Shown in pieces: positions 57,284-64,000 of a stretch of 64,000 bases of DNA. Source of the stretch: a candidate division Zixibacteria bacterium CG_4_9_14_3_um_filter_46_8 (lineage in GTDB: Bacteria > Zixibacteria > MSB-5A5 > UM-FILTER-46-8); contig PFXJ01000092.1 of the NCBI GenBank assembly GCA_002791595.1, positions 17,847 to 81,846 of the forward strand. Direction: 5' to 3'. The position numbers were made by a program, and so were the translations under genes. The first letter of the stretch is position 1, and every line of letters begins with the position of its first letter. The notes beneath the pieces are model-generated. The model had not been told where the DNA came from. It worked only from the letters and a program-made list of their open reading frames with translations, and did no database searches.

Positions 57284-58927
57284 TCACCGACTTATAGTCA
57301 GCGAGTTAATTGCATCATTTAGCAACTTAAAGGCATATTTACTGTTATGCACTCCCTTACTGCCGTCATTGTTGACAAATTTCCAATTGAACGCCGCATA
57401 GGTACTATCCGTGCCGCTCGGCTCACTGGCCAGTAATCCCTCAAGAGTATCCAAGAGAACCGTCATAGAATCCTGAACGCCATTGACATTGAAATTGGTG
57501 GCTCCAATATGACAACCGGTGCAGTTATCGAGCGACGGCTGGAATTTATGCGGTGTATGCTGTGCCAAGCCATCATCATTTGACGAAACCTTAGAAATAT
57601 GACATGAGCCGCAGGCTTGGTTATTTAGCAAAGCCGTATGTGCTGAATTCGTATAAGTGCTGTCGTACTCATGACCGCCCACACCCGCAAACATCGCTCC
57701 GTGGACGTGAACCGGCTCAGAAAAATCATCCACTTCCAACTGCTTCTCATTATGACACCTTGAGCAGAGAATTCCCTGGGGTTCACGAAGTTCCCCGGGA
57801 TGCTGAGGGAAGTGCGGATCGTGACAAACCAAGCATGCGATTGATGTCCTCGGAGGATCAAAGGGGTAATGCTGTCCATGGCTGTCCGTGAATAGCCAGT
57901 CAAGGTATCCATTGGCAGTATGGCAGGCATCTCCGCAGGGATTGGCGCCGGCGGCATTGGCAGAAGTCGAATGCGCTGATGAATCCCATTGAGCGCTATA
58001 ATTATAATGTTTAGTCTCATGACAATCCGAACACTGAGCAGCGCTTATAGTCATCACCATGACCGAATCGAAGCTGTCTGTATGATCATAAACACCGCCA
58101 TTCCAATCCAACGAATCCCGATTAGACCATTTATAAATCGAATCGGCTTCAGTCGGATGGCAAGGTCCAGCATTCACACAGGATTGGAGACTATCTATGG
58201 TCTGGATGGTAACCTTATGCTCCGACCCCGGTCCATGACATTCTTCGCACTGCACACCTTCCAAATATGGGAAATGAAATTCATCATAGCCGCCATTAGC
58301 TAATCCCGCATCCCAGCCAGTGGTATGACAGGGCAAACAATTATCATTTTCCCCATTGCCCCCATCCAATAACGATTCAAACGCATTGGCATGCTTGCTT
58401 TCAAGCCACGAAGTATAAAGCGCCGGACGGCCGGCTATGTCCCCATGACACCCGCCGTCAGCACAGGTCTCCGCCCCAATATAATAACTGGTATCATTTC
58501 CAGTCGGCGGAGTATAAGTATCCACATTAATGCGAATCGAATCCAGGATTTCAAGCTGACCATCACTAATAGTCAGATAGAAACTATAAATCCCCCTCCG
58601 GTCCGGAGCATTCCAGTCGGTCACGGTGCTTTCCGGATAGAACAATCTTCCAGCGGCTACCACCCACGCAAATGTCATCTCATCGTTGTCAGGATCCGTA
58701 TAAGCTGCTGTCAACGTAATGGTTTCGCCGGCTCCAATCGAGTCCGCGCTGGATGTTATACTTCCAACTGGACTTTGATTTGGAGGGACCACCTTATCTT
58801 TGCCGCAACCCGTAATTATGAATCCTGTCCCCATAACAACAATAAGCAACAGCTTTAGCAGTTTGTTATCCAACAACGCACTCCTCCTATGTAAAAGCAT
58901 TGCACTTCTTTCAAAAGCATTTCTCAC
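57284..58927 (-). CDS. Multiheme c-type cytochrome, lipoprotein
   Basis: Lipoprotein signal ...FIITGCG. There are 7 canonical CxxCH motifs (CLPCH, CEECH, CSDCH, CLVCH, CSRCH, CGSCH, CTGCH) and two extended ones (CGDACH = Cx3CH, CADGGCH = Cx4CH). Confidence 0.85.
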   Translation of the reverse strand: MRNAFERSAMLLHRRSALLDNKLLKLLLIVVMGTGFIITGCGKDKVVPPNQSPVGSITSSADSIGAGETITLTAAYTDPDNDEMTFAWVVAAGRLFYPESTVTDWNAPDRRGIYSFYLTISDGQLEILDSIRINVDTYTPPTGNDTSYYIGAETCADGGCHGDIAGRPALYTSWLESKHANAFESLLDGGNGENDNCLPCHTTGWDAGLANGGYDEFHFPYLEGVQCEECHGPGSEHKVTIQTIDSLQSCVNAGPCHPTEADSIYKWSNRDSLDWNGGVYDHTDSFDSVMVMTISAAQCSDCHETKHYNYSAQWDSSAHSTSANAAGANPCGDACHTANGYLDWLFTDSHGQHYPFDPPRTSIACLVCHDPHFPQHPGELREPQGILCSRCHNEKQLEVDDFSEPVHVHGAMFAGVGGHEYDSTYTNSAHTALLNNQACGSCHISKVSSNDDGLAQHTPHKFQPSLDNCTGCHIGATNFNVNGVQDSMTVLLDTLEGLLASEPSGTDSTYAAFNWKFVNNDGSKGVHNSKYAFKLLNDAINSLTISR

Positions 58928-59296
58928 GCCTCATAATAAAACGCATAATAAACCGTGATTCACGATTGAGTCAAGAAAAAAACGCACCTATTTGGGATTA
59001 TTATGGTAAATCAAATTGGAGGGCCACGCTCCGTCGGGGCCGATGGTGGGACAAAGGACGCGATGAAACGCGTCCCTCCATCGGGTAGGCGGGACATTCA
59101 CATCCCACGTGTAGACCCGCAGGCAAGAATGTCTGCGCCACCAAGCATACACTATTCCCCGGTAGTGCGGCAACTCCACATGCCGCATTCAGCCTGCGGA
59201 GCAGGGATGCCCCGCGCTACGGTCACAAACGATCCATATTTCCTGTAGGGCGGGAGCCCTGTATCGCGCCGATCAGTCTCCGATAGCCCGTATCAA

Positions 59297-60085
59297 TCAA
59301 TTGATGCCTGTTTCCCCGTACTCCTCCCGAAGAATCTGTTGGAGTAGCTTGGCATTTTTCACCGCCTGGCCCTGATGGCAGTTATTGAAAAATAGATATA
59401 CGCTCTGGGTGGTTTCTTTGAGTTGGCGCAGGTATGCTAGCCAGCCATCCAGTTCCGACCCGCTGTAGTTATAATCATATCGTTCGCCACCCCCGCCCCA
59501 CCATTTGGCTTCATTGCGTCCATGAAATCGAACATACCCGATATCGATAGTCGCCTTTCCATCGGGCAGGAGCATTCCGTCAAGTTGCGGTTCATCCACA
59601 TTGCAGTACCCGATTTTTTCCCTGGATAGCATTTCGAAAAGCTTGGGCGTCACCCAGCTATTATGACGAAACTCCACAAACAGATTGTGCCCTTCAAAAT
59701 CATGCATGTGCCGCTTGAAATATTCCAGATTGGCACGAGTGAGCTTAAATGACCACGGGAATTGTGCCAGAAATCCCTTGAGTTTACCGGACTCGATCAA
59801 TGGCTTGACAGCTTCCAATAGTTTGGCGGCACCGCCAAAGCTCTCATCGCGCGAATGGGTGAAGTCCTGATGGGTTTTCACGATAAATTCGAAATCATCC
59901 TGCGTTTTTCGCGCCATGTTATAAAAGACGCTCGGGTGCGGAATCCCATAATATGTGGAATTTATCTCCACGCACCTGAAATGATCCTTGTAATAATCAA
60001 GCATCTTTCCTTTCTCGATGCCCGGGGGATAGAAAGGCCCGACCCAGTCGGCAAAGCTATATCCGGAGGTCCCTATCTTAAACAT
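59297..60085 (-). CDS. DUF72 (UPF0759) family protein
   Basis: MFKIGTSGYSFADWVGPFYPPGIEKGKMLDYY...EINSTYY is the characteristic DUF72 N-terminus. Confidence 0.75.
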   Translation of the reverse strand: MFKIGTSGYSFADWVGPFYPPGIEKGKMLDYYKDHFRCVEINSTYYGIPHPSVFYNMARKTQDDFEFIVKTHQDFTHSRDESFGGAAKLLEAVKPLIESGKLKGFLAQFPWSFKLTRANLEYFKRHMHDFEGHNLFVEFRHNSWVTPKLFEMLSREKIGYCNVDEPQLDGMLLPDGKATIDIGYVRFHGRNEAKWWGGGGERYDYNYSGSELDGWLAYLRQLKETTQSVYLFFNNCHQGQAVKNAKLLQQILREEYGETGIN

Positions 60086-60213
60086 TTTTATGCTTTTTGG
60101 AAGAATTCTGCTGAAATCGGACTGCGCCGCATTTCGGACAAATCCATTTGCGTTTCTTGTGGAAGGAGCGCTTTTGTTCGACCATCGCTATTTTGCATTT
60201 CTTGCACATCATC

Positions 60214-60810
60214 TCAATCGATAAATCCCAGCCAGTCGCCCAGAAGAAATTGTAGGCGGCCGATTAAAAGTGAGATTCGCGCCATCACCGTATAGCCGAA
60301 AGTGCTCCCGAAAAATATCATCAGGAAATAAATTCCGATCTTGGCGCCGACTCCAATTGCGCCTTTATGCGGTTGCGAAAAATAAAAGTAAATCAGCACC
60401 GATAAAACGGCCACGATGATTATGATGTTGGATAAACTGTTGATGGGCAACATAGTGGCTTTCATTTGCGCAATTATTTGGGCCTGCATCATCGCCGGTA
60501 TCGACACCCCGGCTCCCACACCGATGATAATCGATAGCGGTATTCGCGAATAAGGTGATAGCTTTTTGGAAAAGCGCAGAAACATCACCATGCCCAAAAT
60601 GCCGGGAATGATATAGGAAAGCTTCCCTTCGCTGAAAATCGGGATAAAAAGCTTGGGAATCAACGTGGTGGAAACAGTTACCGCCACGAAATAACCAACA
60701 CTCACTCCCAATAATATGTGCTCAGCCGCCTTGTAGAAGGGATTGTCCTTATACAAAAATGAATAAATCGCCAGCGTCAATATCGCGGCCACGGTTATCC
60801 CGTAATTCAT
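60214..60810 (-). CDS. Hypothetical polytopic membrane protein (operon gene 4 of 4)
   Basis: 198 aa, about six TM helices. Its start abuts the stop of the upstream gene. Confidence 0.5.
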   Translation of the reverse strand: MNYGITVAAILTLAIYSFLYKDNPFYKAAEHILLGVSVGYFVAVTVSTTLIPKLFIPIFSEGKLSYIIPGILGMVMFLRFSKKLSPYSRIPLSIIIGVGAGVSIPAMMQAQIIAQMKATMLPINSLSNIIIIVAVLSVLIYFYFSQPHKGAIGVGAKIGIYFLMIFFGSTFGYTVMARISLLIGRLQFLLGDWLGFID

Positions 60811-61670
60811 TATCGGCCTTTCCTCCTTCTTCCCGCTATCATCACTGTATTCCCAACCAATATCAAAATAATCACAAAGATATGCGCGCCGGATTGGGCA
60901 TCCATCCCTTTGACTGCCCGCCCCGGTTTTCCAATCAGCATTTCATATTCCGCCGCTCCCTTGAGCCCCGCCGCCAGACCGACCAATTGGCCGGACTGCA
61001 GAAAAGGATACATAGTTGTCGCCATTACTGCGGTGACCGCCGGGATAATCTTTACGCCATATCTTGCCTGGGCATAATTGACCCAATAAACCGGAATATC
61101 GCCATCGCCGACTGTTATTACCGCCGCAATATCCTTATAATTTTCTATACCTTCCATAACCGGAAAGCTCCGTATATCCTGGCCGGTATAATCCGAAGGG
61201 AACTCATGGTCAATTCGCTCCCCCAGCGCCAGAATCGCCGTCGTAAATTGGGGACGGAATCCCCAGAAGAGATAATCCTCTCCATACTTCTTATCATACT
61301 CACTCCCGATGCGGCGCAGATTGTCATCACCAACCGCCGCCCCTTCCGCCAGAAGCGCCATTCCGAATACTTTAAGATTTTTCCTGAAACAATGCCTTAG
61401 CAGGGCCTCCGCCAATGGCACCATCTCCGGCAAGGTCGAAGTCTCATGGTCAAATGAGAATATCACCGCCGAGTGTGGAGGGAGCCGGTCAAGAAATCCA
61501 TAGACCTGCCGGACTTCCGCAGTGACTCTCAACGGCAACCCGACTCGAAATATCAGCGGAGCAGCTACCACTATGGCCATCAAGATGAAAATAAAATGAC
61601 GACCCTGAATGCCCATTTTGTTCTTATCATTCTGACCCATCCTATTTTCCTCCCAGGTAGGTCCGCTCAA
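60810..61670 (-). CDS. Hypothetical membrane-anchored protein (operon gene 3 of 4)
   Basis: N-terminal TM segment, a ~220-aa soluble domain, and a C-terminal TM segment. Overlaps the upstream gene by 29 nt. Confidence 0.5.
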   Translation of the reverse strand: MSGPTWEENRMGQNDKNKMGIQGRHFIFILMAIVVAAPLIFRVGLPLRVTAEVRQVYGFLDRLPPHSAVIFSFDHETSTLPEMVPLAEALLRHCFRKNLKVFGMALLAEGAAVGDDNLRRIGSEYDKKYGEDYLFWGFRPQFTTAILALGERIDHEFPSDYTGQDIRSFPVMEGIENYKDIAAVITVGDGDIPVYWVNYAQARYGVKIIPAVTAVMATTMYPFLQSGQLVGLAAGLKGAAEYEMLIGKPGRAVKGMDAQSGAHIFVIILILVGNTVMIAGRRRKGR

Positions 61671-62265
61671 TTCCCAGTATCACCCGTAGCGAAGTGGCGA
61701 TAGTCCCCAGGGCAATCCCGATATATATTCCCCGACGGGCCGCCATCGAAGGCACATTGAGAATCCAATCTGCCGCTTTGGGGATATATGAAGATATTAT
61801 TTCTCCCACTGGAATTCTTCCCAACATCACTATAATCGCCGCCACCAGCAAGAATATCGCCTGGCTGTTGCGGGCCCGGAATCCTCGATAGGCCGCGGAA
61901 GCCACAAAAAATGACAGAAGCGAAAACATTGTGGCTTGCATCGGCGCCTGCACATTTTGAAATAACCAATGAAAGACGGTTCCCTCGCCTCTTCCAAAAA
62001 ACAGACCCGCCACCAACATAACCGTTATTCCCATAAGGATCAAAATGCTGAAAGGCCGCTCTTTGGCGTCTCTGCCGGAAGCGATGACAGCGTGATGCTT
62101 TATCAGCATCATCGCTCCCACCAGCAGTGAGAATGCGTATATGATCTGCACCCAATCCAGAATCGCTTCATACAGGGCGGTCGAAGCTTTATGCGGCACA
62201 AAAAATTGAACCAGCATAAAAGTCCCCAAGGCAAAGCAGATTAATAGGGGAAGTTTCCGATGCAT
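61642..62265 (-). CDS. Hypothetical polytopic membrane protein (operon gene 2 of 4)
   Basis: 207 aa, about six TM helices. Confidence 0.5.
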   Translation of the reverse strand: MHRKLPLLICFALGTFMLVQFFVPHKASTALYEAILDWVQIIYAFSLLVGAMMLIKHHAVIASGRDAKERPFSILILMGITVMLVAGLFFGRGEGTVFHWLFQNVQAPMQATMFSLLSFFVASAAYRGFRARNSQAIFLLVAAIIVMLGRIPVGEIISSYIPKAADWILNVPSMAARRGIYIGIALGTIATSLRVILGIERTYLGGK

Positions 62266-62271
62266 TGCGGG

Positions 62272-63444
62272 TTATCCTATCTCAAGAACAGAAAGCAATT
62301 CGCCGCCTCCAGCAGTCACCAAGATGGCGCCCAATATGAGCAAAATCCCTAATATCAGCTTAAGCATATCCTGCCCTTTTAGCGAGCTTAGAACCAGAGG
62401 ATCCTTGGCCAAATACCCTGATGCCGCAAAATACTCCTCCCCAATCAATACATAATCGCAAGCGACAATAAAGAACGAAAGCTGGATGGTGGAATCGGTT
62501 CCGGCGATTTGAATGGCGCCGATAGAATTGCCGGTCTCGGCCAAAATCAGGGACTCCGCCTCGAATGACCCCATAAAGAGATTGGTGGCAGGCCTTTGTC
62601 TTACCATAATTCCATCGACCGCCGCCGCATATCCGAATTGGCTATCGGTCAGGTAGAAGATATTCTCAGCCACATAACGGTCGGGATGTCCGGCTTTGAC
62701 ATACGCCTCATAAGCAACCTCTTGGGCAACGGCGGCAACCACGGGATCGTTATTGGGAAACAGTAGCGGCGTGTTATATTCGGCGGCTTTCGTCGCCACC
62801 GAGGAAAGCACATTCATCGAGGCAATCGTAGCCACCCTTTGCATACTTCCCCTGCCCGCAGAATATAGTATCGGTTTGCCAAGCTCTGTGGCGCGACCAA
62901 CCGCCTCATCAATCGCCTGCAAACCGGCTATCGGCCGGACGTAGAAGAATCCGCCCTTCCGCCCCCGATAAAAATAATATCCCAGAACCACGATGCAAAT
63001 CAGCACCCCAATTAAAACATTTGTTCGGCGGGAATTGAACAATTGCGGTGATGATTTCGCCGGTTCGGAGTCCACTATTATGGCCCCGCCACTTACATCG
63101 GTGAAGATCAGACGGTATGTGTAGCCTACCCCATTTTCTACATTATCGTCAACATAAACAGAATCATCGATTGGTATTTTCCCCAAATCGTCCCAACCGG
63201 AACCGGAAACAACCCTCCTTTGAATCTCTATCCGGACATATTCGGCTTGAGAAGCCCTGAGCGGCTCGGTATCCCAGACCACAGTGATACTATTACCGCC
63301 ATCATCGGGCGTGTCAAAAGCCCTTACGCCTCCGATAGCCGCAGTTGGAAGAATCAAGAGAAAGATGGCAAAACATAGAGCGATCATAATTTCATATCCC
63401 GATGCGATTTGATGAAGTTTATCGGCAACTGACTTGGTTGTCAA
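62272..63444 (-). CDS. Hypothetical membrane protein with an N-terminal fibronectin-III-like domain (operon gene 1 of 4)
   Basis: Signal-anchor, then an FN3-like segment (NSITVVWDTEPLRASQAEYVRIEIQRR...GYTYRLIFTD), a TM helix, a ~190-aa domain and a C-terminal TM helix. Confidence 0.5.
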   Translation of the reverse strand: MTTKSVADKLHQIASGYEIMIALCFAIFLLILPTAAIGGVRAFDTPDDGGNSITVVWDTEPLRASQAEYVRIEIQRRVVSGSGWDDLGKIPIDDSVYVDDNVENGVGYTYRLIFTDVSGGAIIVDSEPAKSSPQLFNSRRTNVLIGVLICIVVLGYYFYRGRKGGFFYVRPIAGLQAIDEAVGRATELGKPILYSAGRGSMQRVATIASMNVLSSVATKAAEYNTPLLFPNNDPVVAAVAQEVAYEAYVKAGHPDRYVAENIFYLTDSQFGYAAAVDGIMVRQRPATNLFMGSFEAESLILAETGNSIGAIQIAGTDSTIQLSFFIVACDYVLIGEEYFAASGYLAKDPLVLSSLKGQDMLKLILGILLILGAILVTAGGGELLSVLEIG

Positions 63445-64000
63445 GCCAATTCACAATATGCGATAGGCGAGCTTGGGCATGTGAACAATAAACATAGCCA
63501 AGCCTAACCCCAATCCCGGATTAAATCCGGGACGAAGGGGTTCGACTTGACCATGCCACTCGTCCGAGGTCATCAGGTTTAGAAATGATGATGTTGAAAA
63601 TAGGATAGAGTGGGTGTTGATGAAGATGCATGAGAAGTCGGAAAGGCAATTCCCTCACCCGCCTCCGCCTGCGGCGGAGCTACCCTCTTCCGATGAACGA
63701 GAGAGGAGAGTAGGTCAAACCTACTTGGGCTTGACGTTTCTCTTAATCCGACTTCGAGTGTCATACCAGCGAACGCTGGTATCCAGAAATGAATCTGGAT
63801 TCCGGATCAAGTCCGGAATGACACTGCAAGGAAAGGGGGCAGGCGGTGAGGGAGATTGCTCCCACCCCAAATCCCGTCCCACGAAAAATACTCCTTGACA
63901 ATTCCGGAAATCATTGTAAAATTAAATCAACGTCCATCTCATTGCGTGTATGGCAGACCTCCCGGTCTGCCTTGATGGGTAGGCAGACGAGGACGTCTGC

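Noticed and set aside
63520-63560. GGGGTTCGAC-like sequence considered as the tRNA-like end of a tmRNA or tRNA
   Set aside because: No acceptor or T-arm pairing, no tag-peptide reading frame and no CCA context. It is more likely part of the local hairpin array.
63761-63830. Cloverleaf-like fold (a 7-bp closing helix enclosing three hairpins) considered as a tRNA or tRNA-like gene
   Set aside because: The arm dimensions are wrong for a tRNA: 7-bp D-arm with a 2-nt loop, 7-bp anticodon-like arm with a 6-nt loop, and no T-loop GTTCRA or CCA context. I kept it only as part of the structured-region finding.
1-64000. Search for CRISPR arrays, rRNA and tRNA genes, integrases or transposases
   Set aside because: I found no regularly spaced direct repeats with unique spacers, no rRNA-like conserved blocks, no convincing tRNA cloverleaf, and no integrase or transposase catalytic motifs (DDE or tyrosine recombinase RHRY) in any ORF.

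Overview
This is a 64 kb contig with about 48% GC. It probably comes from an uncultivated Gram-negative bacterium of the FCB group, because at least four secreted proteins carry a type IX secretion (T9SS, Por) C-terminal sorting domain, recognisable by the NxPNPFN motif at its start. Coding density is high.

Recognisable housekeeping blocks:
- A minus-strand riboflavin operon, ribD-ribE-ribBA-ribH-nusB, preceded by a clear FMN riboswitch with a terminator-type expression platform.
- yajC-def-fmt-rng on the minus strand.
- dtd-maf-rodZ-like-smc-ftsY-rlmH on the plus strand.
- murA, mrp/apbC, an EF-G paralog, sodB-like SOD, mscS, and an archaeal-type apgM.

Secreted and outer-membrane genes:
- An LVIVD-repeat beta-propeller protein with a T9SS C-terminal domain.
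- A HExxH metallopeptidase with a T9SS C-terminal domain.
- A 1033-aa outer-membrane protein that fuses a peptidase-like domain, a TolB-like propeller and a beta-barrel.
- A TPR protein, a transglutaminase-like protein, and a multiheme c-type cytochrome lipoprotein.

Observations that stand out:
- A roughly 250-bp repeat family with terminal inverted repeats and conserved internal hairpins occurs three times (about 15995-16240, 44620-44850 inverted, 52670-52920). Two of the copies carry compensatory changes that preserve a hairpin, so it is either a MITE or a structured RNA.
- A 910-aa Zn-ribbon adenine/N4 DNA methyltransferase is translationally coupled to murA and has no visible restriction or ATPase partner.
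- A RimK-like ATP-grasp / GNAT / small-partner gene trio suggests a peptide-ligase system.
- A tight four-gene operon (60214-63444) encodes membrane proteins of unknown function.
- The terminal 550 bp of the window is non-coding and hairpin-dense.

I found no rRNA or tRNA genes and no CRISPR array. All calls rest on reading the ORF translations and the sequence by eye; I ran no database search.
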